Shown here: positions 1 through 11,120 of the stretch, piece by piece
Numbering within the stretch: position 1 is the stretch's first letter
How the letters are laid out: every line of letters begins with the position of its first letter
The notes under the pieces: generated by a model
Database searches by the model: none
Told to the model about the DNA's origin: nothing
Seen by the model: the letters and a program-made list of their open reading frames with translations, nothing else
Translations under genes and position numbers: made by a program
Assembly (NCBI GenBank): GCA_025558095.1
Contig: JAIVFI010000044.1
Location: forward strand, 1-64,000
DNA length: 64,000 nucleotides
Direction: 5' to 3'
Source of the DNA: Hyaloraphidium curvatum SAG 235-1
Lineage: Eukaryota > Fungi > Monoblepharomycota

Positions 1-1033
1 CCGAGGCGGCAGCATCGCTGCCTCGGACTGGTCCGTATCGTCGTAGCGCCGCAGGACAGGGTGCCGCCGAAGTGGGCGTTCAAGCCAGGACGCAGCAGGG
101 TGGCGCATCGTTGGCGGCGCCGTGCGGTGCTGCCGAACGAAAGCACACACCCGCAGTGGCTTCCTCGCTGCGTCCAGCGCAAAGGCAGATCTCTCGTTCC
201 GTAAGCAGTTGGGGAGTGCATGGATGCAAACGGACGGGAAGCCCGATCTGCAAGGGGCCTCGGGACCGGTGGCCGGTGCAGGTGGCGTCCTGCGTGAGGT
301 TATCCTGAGATGCCTCCCACGGAGGAGGTTGTGCCTCGCCGGCCCCATCGGGAAGTCATTCTTTGTCATGGGAACGGAAACGGTATCGGGACAACGTGGG
401 GCGCGGCGCCCAAGCTGCGTCCTGTCAAATGGTACTAGGTGCCGCGCGACCCTGCACTCATCCACCCGAACAACGGCAAGCAGGCCCTGCTTAGCTGCCG
501 GACAGGGACCGCACGACGAACGGGTGCAGTGCATGGATCCGTGGCGTGGATGCAGATGGACGGGGAGTCAAATCGGGGTGTCGGACGAGGGAACGGGGAG
601 CGCCGGTGGAGCGCGCTCCGGCTGCAGAGCCACCCTTGCAATGGCTCGGTTTCCAGAGAGGGTCGTCCGCCGGCCGGGAAGGGAACAACACCTCCCGGAT
701 AAACGGAGTTGGGGAATGAGCAACCTGCCAAGGGACCGAAGACGGGGGGCGCTCGGTCGGGACCCGGGGGGCGGTGCCCGCACCATCTGTCCCTAAGCCC
801 GAGCACGGGCGCGAAGCCCGATTACATCAGTGGGATGCTTCGAAACTCCATCAAACAATCGAGATGTCCGATCTGCGTTTTGTTGCCCCACGCCCGCAGG
901 AGCTGCAGCCGCAGGTGGGGCCGATTTTCCGACTAGGGGAACTCGGGCGGCTACGCCCAGGGACGTTGCGGGTAATGGTCCCTTCCGTCGGACCCCCCAA
1001 AACCCCCAACGCGCGGCACCCGACCCCACAAAG

Positions 1034-3103
1034 ATGCTCGCCGCCGCCGCGCTCCTCGTGCTCGCGCTCGCCTCGCCGTCAGCCGCCGCGCCGCGCGCCG
1101 CCGACGCTTTCGTGCGCCGCACCACCGGGCCGTTCCCCCCGCGCGGCGGCGGGCCGGGGTGGGTGCAGTGCGCCGCGCTCGACGTCGCCGCGCCATCCTC
1201 GGCCGGCGGCGCGCTCGGCGGGTGGCTGGAGATCACCGGCGGGAGGATCGTCAAGGCGGAGGGCGGCCCGGTGCGGCTGGCCGAGGCGGGGTCCAAGGAC
1301 GCCGCCAGGCGGTACGTGCTGGAGGCGGCGTCGGCGGCGCGGGACGGCGAGCACGTCGTCGGACACCCGGCCGCCTACTATCTCGGCCCCGGCGAGGCGC
1401 TCTCGGTGCCCTTCTGCGTCGGCTACGACAGGGCCTGGTCCGCCCAGTGGGCCGTGGCCGTCGACGCCCCCGAGAACCCGAGCCCCAACCTGCAGCCGGT
1501 CTCGATGTTTCCCCGCCAGCAGCCGGGCATGTTCTACAAGGACTACTCGTCGGGCCAGTGCCGCTGCCTCGCCTCGGGCGTCTCCCCGCCGCCGCCTCCA
1601 CCTCCCCCGGCGGACGTGCGCCAGGAGACCACCACGGCCAACAACGCGCCCCCCACCACCACGGCACCCCCGATTGTGGCCACCACCACCGCCGCCCCGG
1701 CCACCACCTACGTGCCCGCCCTCGCGGTGATCGCCGAGGAGCCCTTCGACTACGAGCAAGGGAGCATCGCCGGCCGCAACGGCGGCTGGGGCTGGTCCGA
1801 CGCGTGGTACAAGTCTTCTCCCTCCTTCGACCCGCTCTACGTGAGCTCCGACTCGTTCCTCACCTCCTCCGGGGCCAGCACGACCGTCAAGGCGTCGGCG
1901 CGGCACCTCGAGATGAACATCTCCTCGGCCAACACGCACAAGGCCTACGTGGCCGTGTCCCTCTACTTGGCCTCGACGCAGAATGGCCTCGGCACCCCGA
2001 CCTTCCGGTTCCTGGACTCGAACAACCTTGCCCAGCTCGCGCTGGGGAACAACGGCTACAACGGTGCCTACCGCGGGCCCTACGCCCTGCTGTGGAACAA
2101 CCTCACGCAGTACATCGTGACCAACGACACCGCCTTCAGGCTGGCCAACCTCGTGTACGCCCTCGTGGAGGTGGACTACGACGCCGGCCTCACGAACCTG
2201 TGGATGGACAGCACGACCGAGTTCTCGGACCTCCTGACCACCGGCGTACCCACCACCGCACCCGCGCTCACGGCCCCCGCCGCGCCCGCTTTCTGGGGCT
2301 TCGACATCGTCGTGCGCACCATGTACGCGCTCGACAACATCCGCGTGTGGCTGCTTCCCCGCACCCCGCTGCCCCCGCGCACGACGAGCACGACCTCGCG
2401 CACCACCACGCAGACGACCAACACGCGCACGAGCACCACCTCCCGCACCCGCGTGACCGGCACCGCGCTGCCCGAGCTGGTCGCCGAGGAGCAGTTCGAC
2501 GCGTACCCGGCGGGCGGCTTCGGCTGGTCCGGGGGGTGGTTCCAGACCTCGGTCAACTTTGCCGAGCTCTCGGTGCGCGAGCAGTCGCCGGGCTCCGACA
2601 GCATGTCCATGTTCTACGACAACGACATCTACACCGGCACCGAAGTCCGCGCCTCGGGCCGCCTCCTCTCGTCCCCGATCTCCTCCGCCACGGCGCGCAA
2701 AGCCTACGTCGCCTTCCGCGCGCAGTTCACGGACCAGAACGGCTTCGGCACGCCGACCTTCCGCCTCGTCAACTCGACCCTCAACGCGCTGCTGGCCGTG
2801 GGCAACAACGGCTTCGACGGCGACAACTGGGGCCTGCTCTACGACTACCTCCAGGGCCACAGCATCGCGGCCGGGTACCCCCTCTCCTCGTCGTACGGCG
2901 CGCTGCTGCTGGTGGACTACGACGCCGGCACGTCGTCCCTGTGGCTGGATGCGGCGAAGGACTTCGACCTGCTCTACGGCGGGCTGCCGCAGGGGGATCC
3001 GCTGGTGACGGTGCCGGACGCGCCCGGGTTCGCCGGGTTCGACGTGGTGATGCGGGGGCTGGAGGTGCTGGACGACATCAGGGTGTACGTGCTGCCGAGG
3101 TAG
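1034..3103 (+). CDS. Secreted modular protein: signal peptide, N-terminal beta domain, Pro/Thr linkers and two tandem beta-sandwich (ConA-like) repeats
   Basis: Intronless ORF from ATG 1034 (MLAAAALLVLALASPSAAAP, a signal peptide). Two homologous ~200-aa units begin AEEPFDYEQGSIAGRNGGWGWSDAW and AEEQFDAYPAGGFGWSGGW, and both end in LD(N/D)IRV. Strong GC3 bias. Confidence 0.8.
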   Translation: MLAAAALLVLALASPSAAAPRAADAFVRRTTGPFPPRGGGPGWVQCAALDVAAPSSAGGALGGWLEITGGRIVKAEGGPVRLAEAGSKDAARRYVLEAASAARDGEHVVGHPAAYYLGPGEALSVPFCVGYDRAWSAQWAVAVDAPENPSPNLQPVSMFPRQQPGMFYKDYSSGQCRCLASGVSPPPPPPPPADVRQETTTANNAPPTTTAPPIVATTTAAPATTYVPALAVIAEEPFDYEQGSIAGRNGGWGWSDAWYKSSPSFDPLYVSSDSFLTSSGASTTVKASARHLEMNISSANTHKAYVAVSLYLASTQNGLGTPTFRFLDSNNLAQLALGNNGYNGAYRGPYALLWNNLTQYIVTNDTAFRLANLVYALVEVDYDAGLTNLWMDSTTEFSDLLTTGVPTTAPALTAPAAPAFWGFDIVVRTMYALDNIRVWLLPRTPLPPRTTSTTSRTTTQTTNTRTSTTSRTRVTGTALPELVAEEQFDAYPAGGFGWSGGWFQTSVNFAELSVREQSPGSDSMSMFYDNDIYTGTEVRASGRLLSSPISSATARKAYVAFRAQFTDQNGFGTPTFRLVNSTLNALLAVGNNGFDGDNWGLLYDYLQGHSIAAGYPLSSSYGALLLVDYDAGTSSLWLDAAKDFDLLYGGLPQGDPLVTVPDAPGFAGFDVVMRGLEVLDDIRVYVLPR

Positions 3104-4202
3104 CGGCACCGATCGCGCGCCGGTTGGTTGTCGGGTGCTGTATAGACTTGTGCGGCCGTACGGCCGGCCCGTAACCATCCGATCGGTAAATGAACTGTCC
3201 GACAGGCGCTGTATCCCTCGCCCATGGCCGCCGGTGAGCCCACCTCGCCACTTCGCCGTCGATCGCATGCCTCGTGGACCCCGGCGGCGCCTCCCGCACC
3301 CCCGGACATGGCGGTCCAGGCGGATGCTCGTTTGGACGCCTTTCTCGACCAACGTCGCGGCTGGCTCCCAAGATCTTCATCTTTAGCTTTGCCTTGTCCG
3401 GGCAAAGCAGCGACACAATCCAAATCCGGACGGTTGCGGAACCATGGCCTAACGCAATCCATACTGATGACAGAGCCCTTCCAATACGGTTGGGAAGCCA
3501 CTGCCTTGCTCCTTCTACCGCCTCTTTTCCGCGGCCCACGAGGGTCGGGACGGCCGCCCTGTCAGCCTGTGCGAAAGGTTCCAGCGATCGGCGACGATCC
3601 CTGCTGTACAATCCCCTCAGCCGGAGCTATATGCCCGACCTGGAAACCGGCGCCGCCGTCACACGCAGCACCCGAGCACGAACCCCTCGCCGCCGCTGGA
3701 CTCGCACGACCAGCCCGTCGACCAGGGTCGTGACACCCGATGTGGGTCCCGTGGAGGTCTTGTTGCGGTACATGGTGGGCTGGTGCGAGGTCGGCAAAGG
3801 GTCATTACGGGGCCGATATGTCCTTGCCAGGGAGATATCTCATTTCCGGGCCCCGGCACCCACGGCACATAGAATGTCGTCGTCTGCACGTTCGGCTGGT
3901 GGGGTGGATGGGTGATCAAGTCGGCGTCCCGAATTCGGAGGCAGCGTGGACCCTTCGAGAGGCAGGAACAGCCTCGCCTGCGCAGCAATTGACCTCTGCT
4001 GTCCCAAAGACCAGTCCGGGTCGGGGAACTCGGTTGAGCGTCGGATCACCACGCGCAAGCCCCGCCTGGAGAGGAAGACGGACGCCATGCGCGCGAGGGC
4101 ATTGTCTGAAATCGGCTGCACGTAAAGGTTGGGCGAGACGGACGCGTCGGCTAGCATGAAATCGTGGGGGAGAGAGGATGCAGGCGGCTCCATGGATTGC
4201 AG

Positions 4203-5354
4203 TTACGGACCCGCATCCCCCGCAAGCGCCCGCTCCACCGCCCCCGCCAGCGCGTACACCCACAGCTCCGGCACCCCCGGCCTGCAGTAGTGCGTGCAGT
4301 CCCCCACCCTCCTGTGCGCGTGGCTCGCCCTCTTTGCCATCTCCCACGTGCGCGCGTGGGCGTCCGAGATGCTTTGGACGAGCGGGTCCGAGAGCGCGTT
4401 GAACGTGCCGCGGTCCGCGGATTCCAGCCTCCCGCGGGAAAAGGGGGAGCACGGGTCGGCGGAGAGGTTCCGCGCGGGGTCGTAGTCCCCCCCCGCGGTG
4501 GAAAAGTGCTGCGGCGCGGTATCCAACCACACCATCCGCGGCAGGTAACCGCCGCCCATGGCCTCCCTCGCCTTGGCGCGGTATTTCGCGAGCACGCGGA
4601 GGTCCGGGGCAAGCTGCCACTGCGCGGGCCGGTAGTGCACCCCCAGGTTGAACGCGAACACGTCGCTGGAAAAGTGCGGCACGGCGCGGGCGAGTATTTC
4701 CAGGGTGTAGGGCAGCTCCCTGTGCGAGGAGCGCTGGATGCGGAGGTGGCACATGCGGGTGCCGTGGAGCAGCTCGGCGCACGCGGGGGGGATCGTCGCG
4801 ATGCCCTCGGAGGTGAGCACGTGGTCGACCGAGGGCACGCCGATGGGCGCGTGGGAGTAGCCCCGGCCGTCGGCGGCGTAGGCGGAGAGGAAGTTCTGCA
4901 GGGCCTCGAGGAGCGACATGGATTGGCTGTCGCCGGCGAGCCAGAGGGTGCGCCCGCGGAGGGCGTTGAAGAGGCGGCACGGCTCGAAGGCCGCCAGGGA
5001 GGACAGGTCGATTCCGCTCTCCAGGAAAACCCGGCGAGTGGTATCCGTGCTGCAGACGCCCGGCTGGCCCGGCCAGGTGCGGCTGCGGTTGGCGAGCGGC
5101 ACGTCGCGGGCGGCCCACGAGCCGTCCGCCAGCCGCCGCACGAGGTCGGGCGGCAGGTCGGGCGGCGGGCACGGCACGGCCGGCGGGCACACGAAGGCGG
5201 CGGGGGGAGCATGCCGGTCGCGGTCCAGCTGCGCGCGCACGGCCGCGAGCGCGTCCCACGCCGTCCGCCGGTCGCGGAAGCCGTCCTGCGCGGCGGCCCA
5301 CAGGAGCACGCCCAGGAGCGCCGCAAAGAGCAGGGACGCGGCCAGGGGCGCCAT
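4203..5354 (-). CDS. PC-esterase / TBL-like polysaccharide O-acetyltransferase with N-terminal membrane anchor or signal
   Basis: LRGRTLWLAGDS (GDS motif), NLGVHY and DCTHYCRPGVPELW (DxxH motif as in plant TBL proteins). Hydrophobic N-terminus MAPLAASLLFAALLGVLLW. Alternative in-frame ATG at 5441. Confidence 0.85.
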   Translation of the reverse strand: MAPLAASLLFAALLGVLLWAAAQDGFRDRRTAWDALAAVRAQLDRDRHAPPAAFVCPPAVPCPPPDLPPDLVRRLADGSWAARDVPLANRSRTWPGQPGVCSTDTTRRVFLESGIDLSSLAAFEPCRLFNALRGRTLWLAGDSQSMSLLEALQNFLSAYAADGRGYSHAPIGVPSVDHVLTSEGIATIPPACAELLHGTRMCHLRIQRSSHRELPYTLEILARAVPHFSSDVFAFNLGVHYRPAQWQLAPDLRVLAKYRAKAREAMGGGYLPRMVWLDTAPQHFSTAGGDYDPARNLSADPCSPFSRGRLESADRGTFNALSDPLVQSISDAHARTWEMAKRASHAHRRVGDCTHYCRPGVPELWVYALAGAVERALAGDAGP

Positions 5355-5449
5355 GGCCGGCAGGGCGGCCCGCGGCGGATGCGGGGTGTCACCGTAAACA
5401 AGGGATAAGCAAAGGGATCCGCGCCGGCCAAGGACGCTCATGGGGGCCC

Positions 5450-6700
5450 CAGCCGCTTTTCTGAGCGACTCTCGCGGTCGCGTTGGGGATTTGAATGCCG
5501 ACGATGCGGATGGAGGGCGCCAGATTCCTTGCCGAAGAACTTCCGTGTCGCGCCGTGTGCGAGCTGCGTGATGGAAACGAGCTGGAGGTCGGCGGAGGAT
5601 GGACACGTCCGAGCACTCGGAACTTCCGCTATCTGGATGGGAGGGGGTAGTGGGACGGGGCAAGCCATCCGTGGCGCCGATGGCTTCCAGCGCGACTTTA
5701 GCCTCTCGGTGGGCGAGGTGATGAAAGTGGCTTTGCCCGTGCGTGTCCCAATTACCATCAACCGCCACATCACCGATCCGGCGGAGCGCAACCTCAGTTT
5801 AAGTCCCCCTGTCCTCCGTCTCCCGCAGCCGAACGTGCCGGCGCACGAAACATGGAGAGGGTTGGACAAGGAGCCGGCGGTAGAGTGGCGCGCGATGAGC
5901 CGAGGCGGGCGCGGCGCCGTTGGCGCCGGGATCAGCTTCTTCCTCACCGTCGATGATCCGCATCGCGAACCGCCACCCTCCAGCCCCGAAGCTCAGGTAC
6001 CCGCCTTCGAGATGGATCGACCCGATATCCACCTCTGGTCCCGCCAAACCATCAGCTCGGGCATCCAAGCCGCGATCGCCCCACGCACCGGCTTCGCACA
6101 GCTCCTCGCAGTGACCTTCGCCGAGCGCAGGGAAACCATCGCGAGATCTTCGTCGCCCCCGAAGCAGAGCAGCGCGTTCGAGGTCCAGTCGAAGGGATCC
6201 TGCAGGCCGTCCGTGCCGGCGGCGAGGGCGAACTCGACGTGGCTTCTCCCTCTCCTTAGCACCCCCTCCTTCACCGGCCGCGAAGCACCCACCAGCTTCC
6301 CAGCTCCGCTTTCTTCCCCGCCCGCGCAGCCAGCCTGTCCGCCAGCCGATCCTCCCACCACGCCGCGAGGTTGGCCGCTCGCACGGCGTCGCGAGGCGGG
6401 GCGGCGGAGCGGAAGCCGGAAACGGGAGGGCGGTCCCACACCAGCCCGATGGGGCGAAAGGGGAGATCGCGGGAGTTTGGCAGGGCGGAGGACATGCGAC
6501 GGAGGGGGGGCGGAGTTTGGGGCGTGCAACGTCGCACCAGCGCCGACCTCTCCTGCACCAGCCGACCCATTGCGCAGCGGTGCGTCCGGCGACGAACAGG
6601 CGGCCCGGCGCGAGTTCACCACCACCAGCTTCTTGGAGGAGACCGCGACCCAGGGCACGTGAGAGTCCAACGGCGTGGGGAACGTGCTGCGGTGCCGAAC
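5450..6700 (-). pseudogene. Possible decayed coding relic of unknown family
   Basis: Patches of GC3-rich, protein-like codons switch frames on the minus strand (HVEFALAAGTDGLQDPFDWTSNALLCFGG; EVDIGSIHLEGGYLSFGAGGWRFAMRII). No recognisable motif. Confidence 0.25.
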
Positions 6701-6807
6701 AATCGGAGGTGATCGCGGGGGCGCAGGACAGCGGGTGCCGCGGGGCAGCAGAACGATGGGAACGAAAGGCGGGAAAGGAACGTCTTGGTTCGTAATTTCC
6801 CGCCCGC

Positions 6808-7824
6808 TCAACGTCCGCCCGTCGGCAGGGAGCCGCTCATCAGCGCCTTCCTCTCCCCCCGATCAAGGAACGCCATCCCCCACGCGTCCTCGAACGCCCT
6901 CTGTATCCGTCCGTCGTCCATCCCGCACGTTCTTGCCGCCTCGACCTCGTGCCAGATGTCGATCCCGCTGACCCCCGGGTCGTCCGTGTTCAGGCAGAGC
7001 GGGATGCCAAAGTCCGCGAGCCTGCGGATCGGGTGCTCCGCGAGGGAGCGCACGGCGCCGGTGTGCAGGTTGCTCGTCGGGCAGACCTCCAAACCCACCC
7101 GTCGGTCGCGGAGCAGCTCCATCACCCGCACGTCCTCTGCGGCGCGGATCCCGTGGCCGATCCGCTCGGCGCCCAGCACCTCCACCGCGTCCCTGACTTC
7201 GGAGGCGCCGCATGCTTCCCCGGCGTGCACGGTGATCCGCAGCCCCTTTGCGCGGGCTTTCTCGACGTGCGGGAGGAATGCGCGGCACGGGACCGCGGGT
7301 TCGTCGCCGGCGATATCGAGGGCGACGATGCCTCGTTGGCCGGCGTGAGTCAGGAGCGCGTCCAGCTCGCGGTGGCACGCCTGCACGCCATACTGCCGCG
7401 TCAGCGAGCCGATCAAGTTGATCCTGACCGGCAACCGCGCCTCGGCGGCACGCACGCCCCCCACGACCGCCCCGACCAGGTCCCCCAAATCCAGCCCGTG
7501 CTCCGACGCCATGAACGCCGGCGAGAACCGCAGCTCCGCGTAGACCAGCCCCTCCGAATGGCAGTCTTCCGCCGCCTCCATGGCAACCCGCCGCACCGCG
7601 TCCAGGTCGGCGAGCACCCGCGCATTATATGCGAAGCGGCCGAGGAAGCCGGCGAGCGACGGTTGCGGCTCCGTGATTTGCACGTGCGGGCGCAGACTGT
7701 CCGCGGTGGATGCCGGGAGGGCGATGCCGTGCTTTGTTCCCAGTTCGAGGATGGTTTGGACGCGCAGGGCGCCGTCGAGGTGGCGGTGGAGTTCAATGGG
7801 CGCCACGCGCAGCTGAGGGCGCAT
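6808..7824 (-). CDS. add: Adenosine deaminase, gammaproteobacterial type, intronless
   Basis: ELHRHLDG, ELRFSP, LDIAGDE, TVHAGE, AERIGHG, EVCPTSN and LNTDDP. Appears collinear with the E. coli Add sequence as I recall it. Confidence 0.93.
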   Translation of the reverse strand: MRPQLRVAPIELHRHLDGALRVQTILELGTKHGIALPASTADSLRPHVQITEPQPSLAGFLGRFAYNARVLADLDAVRRVAMEAAEDCHSEGLVYAELRFSPAFMASEHGLDLGDLVGAVVGGVRAAEARLPVRINLIGSLTRQYGVQACHRELDALLTHAGQRGIVALDIAGDEPAVPCRAFLPHVEKARAKGLRITVHAGEACGASEVRDAVEVLGAERIGHGIRAAEDVRVMELLRDRRVGLEVCPTSNLHTGAVRSLAEHPIRRLADFGIPLCLNTDDPGVSGIDIWHEVEAARTCGMDDGRIQRAFEDAWGMAFLDRGERKALMSGSLPTGGR

Positions 7825-7997
7825 CGCGGCGGGAGGGGGCCCCGGCGAGCCGGAAAAGGGTCGGCATGAACAGAATAGCCGCGAACGGGGACGCATGGGA
7901 ACGCGCATGGCGTGGGAGGCCGAGGCGTGTGGGCGTGAGGGACGAGGGACGCTCCGCTGCGCGCAACAGCTTTACGGTACATGTCGAATGGGAGCGA

Positions 7998-8816
7998 TCA
8001 GTCGCTGCTGGGCTTCTTCTTCTTGGGCGGCAGCTTGTACCCCGTGGTCTTTCCCTCCACCTCCCCATCCTCGTTCACGGAAATCTCCTGGACCGCCACA
8101 TGGCCCTTGCCCTTCTTCCCCGGCCTGCCCGACACGGCGCACGACCTCCCCCTGGGGCAAGCCTGCGGGGAGTCGGGGTCGAGCTCGTTGTACTCCTGGT
8201 ACTTGGGCTTTTCTTCTGGCGGCGGCCCGTCCACGCCCGTGTCGGACCCCTCGATCTCCGTCCTTTCCTTGTTGAACTTGGGCACCGTGAGCTTCGGCTC
8301 GGGGGGTTCGTCGTCATCCCCCCCGCCCACGGCGCCGGGGGCGGGCACAGCATTGTCCAGGGCGTCCGTGTCGAGCTCGATCCCCGCCGACGTGAGCCTC
8401 GCCCCGAGCAACTCCGCGAGCGCGCGCATCGCCGTGGCATCCATGGACATCTGGTGCTTGAGCAAGCTGATCGCCGAATCCAGGTTCGCGCCCTTCTTTT
8501 TCGAGGTGGAGTGGGCGACAGTCAGCCGCAGGGAGAGCAGCTCGAGCATCGACCCCGCTGCTTCAAAGTCGGCCCTGAAAGTCTTGAGCGCCTCGCTGCG
8601 CTGCTTGCCGCCCGCGGGGGGCGTCCACCGGCGCCAGTCGCCCTTGTATTTGCCTGCAATCGAGTTGTAGGCGGCCTTGTAGTTGTCGAGCTCCTTGACC
8701 AGCGCGGGGGCCACGCCGAGGGAACGGCCGGGCGTCGGGGCCGTGAGCACCGCCGGCGCCGGCGAAGCCATGCCCAGCACGAGGGCTAGCAGCAGCAGGA
8801 ACACGGCCGGCGTCAT
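7998..8816 (-). CDS. Secreted hypothetical protein: helical N-half, acidic/Pro-rich C-half, basic tail
   Basis: Signal peptide MTPAVFLLLLALVLGMASPAPA; intronless, GC3-rich ORF. Confidence 0.7.
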   Translation of the reverse strand: MTPAVFLLLLALVLGMASPAPAVLTAPTPGRSLGVAPALVKELDNYKAAYNSIAGKYKGDWRRWTPPAGGKQRSEALKTFRADFEAAGSMLELLSLRLTVAHSTSKKKGANLDSAISLLKHQMSMDATAMRALAELLGARLTSAGIELDTDALDNAVPAPGAVGGGDDDEPPEPKLTVPKFNKERTEIEGSDTGVDGPPPEEKPKYQEYNELDPDSPQACPRGRSCAVSGRPGKKGKGHVAVQEISVNEDGEVEGKTTGYKLPPKKKKPSSD

Positions 8817-9286
8817 CGTGGGAGGACCGTCCGTGGCCCTTGGCGGGTGGCAAATCGAGGACACACCCCCGGGGGCCGCACTACGGGCCGGATCGCGCTC
8901 GTGCGCGTCGGGCGACCAACGACGGTCCTTTGGGGGCCGCTCTTCGGTGGAAGCGGAGCTGTGCCGGTGGCGTGGAGCGGGAGCGCCCCTTCGGAAGGTT
9001 CTTGGCAGGGAATTCCAGGGTTCTGCCGGACCCCGAGCGAACCGCCGACGCGTCCCGACTCCCGACTGCCGACGGGCCCCACTTGCGATACCGAAAAGAC
9101 GGGGCGCGCCGCCGCATTCGTTCTTCCCAGTGGAGGCTTCGGCCTCTGCTGAGGCGCCAAGACCAGAGACTGGCTTGGCGAGGGGCGATCCTCACCCGCA
9201 CCCTGACGGGCGTCCAATCGAAACCCAGAGACACGACAACTTTGATGAACGCTCGGTGAACAACGACTATCGGCGCTTCCTCACAG

Positions 9287-10754
9287 TTACTCGTCGGCGG
9301 CGTCCATGTTGGGATCGATCGAGCCGGTCAGCAGCTTGTGGATGTAGACCCCGACGTCCAGGTCGTTGCCCTTCTGCCTCCACTCCTCCGCCTCCATCTC
9401 GTAGTTTGACGTGACGTCCACGAGATCGCCGATTACCTGCGGGATCACGGATGAGCGAAGCACGCCCGACGCACGCCCCGCGTTCACCCACCGGGTCGGA
9501 ATCCAGCTGCCCCAGGAACTTCTGCGCGGCCAGATCCTTGCCCAGCTGCACAAACTGGAACTCGGCCGCCCCGACGCCGTACTGCGTGGCGGCGAGCGCC
9601 TTACGGCAGGCACCGATGACGTCGAAAACCTTGCGGTTGTTGCCGCCCTCCTCCCCGTTGGGCTCGCCGTCGGTGAGGACGATCGTGAGGACGGGCTTGG
9701 GGAGGCGGCCGGCGCGGGCGGGGCCGATGATCAGAGGCTGGATGATGCGCTTGTCGAGGTTTGTGCCGAGGGGGGTGAGGCCGTCGAATTGGACCTGGGG
9801 CGGAGGCGTCAGCGTGATGCGTAGATGGACGGGGAGGAACCAACCTGTCTGATGGTGCTGATGATGTCTTGGGCGGTGCGGACGTTGTCCTTCGACACCG
9901 TGCTGTTGAAGAAGCGCTGTGGTGTGAGAACAGGTCGGCCGTGAGCGCAATCACCCGTGCAGAACAACACACCACCCCACCAAGCTGACGCCGTCCTCGT
10001 CATAGATGGTGACGATCTTGCAGATGATCTCCAAAAGGGACATCAGGTCGTCCTTCCTGCCGTCATGCTGATTGTAGTATTCCATCGACCCCGAGTCGTC
10101 GATGTAGATGACGACGTCGTCTGGGGACCAGCGAGTGAGAATGCCATCCGTCCTTTGCGGCACCCAGAACCCACAAAGTCCCACGATGGAAAACACCGCA
10201 GCGTCGTCCAGCGTCTGGATGTCGTTGGCCAGCCCCGGCATCCCGAACGAAGCCTCGATCGTGGAAGCGTTGCTCCCCATCCTCTGCGCCATCCGGTCCG
10301 CCATCTGGCGGAGCGTGGCGTCGTTGTACCAGGCGTGCAGGTTGTTGTCGTTGACGATGCGGCGGAGGTTGGTGATCAGGTCGCCGCCTGCGGATGGTCA
10401 GGCCGGGCCGGGGGGGCGACGACGATCAAAAATGGGAGCTCCGTGATGAGCAAGAGCGCGCGTGGCAAACTCACGGTAAGGCCCGGAGTATCGGGGCCGG
10501 GTGTTGTACGCTGGATCGGTCCGTGATCAGCTGATCGGGAGGTGATCACGGGCCGCAAGCTCCGCCGTGGACCCACCGGCCGTCACCATGCCGCCTCCGG
10601 TGTACGCGGGAGGAGGTCCAGAGGCATAAGAGGCGCCGTCGGGCGGTGACTGCGGGATCATCAGGGGGTGATGGTGAACGCAGGTCCCCCGGGTCCAGGC
10701 TGCGATAATCACGTAGGTAGGAGGGGCCGTCTTGAGCTTCGAGGCCAATCCCAT
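9287..10754 (-). CDS. von Willebrand factor A domain protein, copy 1 (multi-exon)
   Basis: Starts MGLASKL. MIDAS DDSGSM, GLTPLGTNL, IVLTDGEP, FQFVQLGKD; ends KLLTGSIDPNMDAADE*. Several short introns. Confidence 0.88.
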
Positions 10755-11100
10755 TGCGGCAGGTTTGGTGTTCGAGGTATTCGGGGTGCTTTAGTCTGGA
10801 GGGGAAGCAGAATCAGTGCCTGACCGCCCGGAAGACTCCGAACAGCGCCGCCGCAGCGTGGGCTAAGCGAGAAATGAAAAGTACTGCCGAGACTCTCCTG
10901 ACCGCCCGGCCGGTGCCTTCGAATGAATTGCGCCGGCGTGGTCAACGCGCCACAGGGTCCAGAGTAGGCAGCGCGCCGCCGCCGCTCCGGCTGACACCCA
11001 ACACGCCTACCTACAGAGGGCAAGGATCGCAAATGCCGTCGGCGTCTCTGGCAGGAGCTCCGGCTGGCCGCGCGTGGTGGGTCGGAGTGCGACGAAGTTC

Positions 11101-11120
11101 GTCAGTCAGTCAGTCAATCA
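11101..11120 (-). promoter_or_regulatory. (CAGT)n-CAATCA / TGATTGAC motif upstream of vWA copy 1
   Basis: gtcagtcagtcagtcaatca; a related motif lies upstream of vWA copy 2 at 13221-13264. Confidence 0.35.

Noticed and set aside
1-830. ORFs 72-308, 122-796 and 435-806, and a GC hairpin at 1-26
   Set aside because: No motifs or codon bias; such hairpins are expected by chance at this GC content. A gene may start at the window edge on the minus strand, but this cannot be supported.
1079-3352. Very long antisense or alternate-frame ORFs (also 25730-28249, 26677-28785, 43594-45531, 37333-38703)
   Set aside because: Shadow ORFs caused by high GC3 in the real gene; Arg/Gly/Pro-rich with no domain signal.
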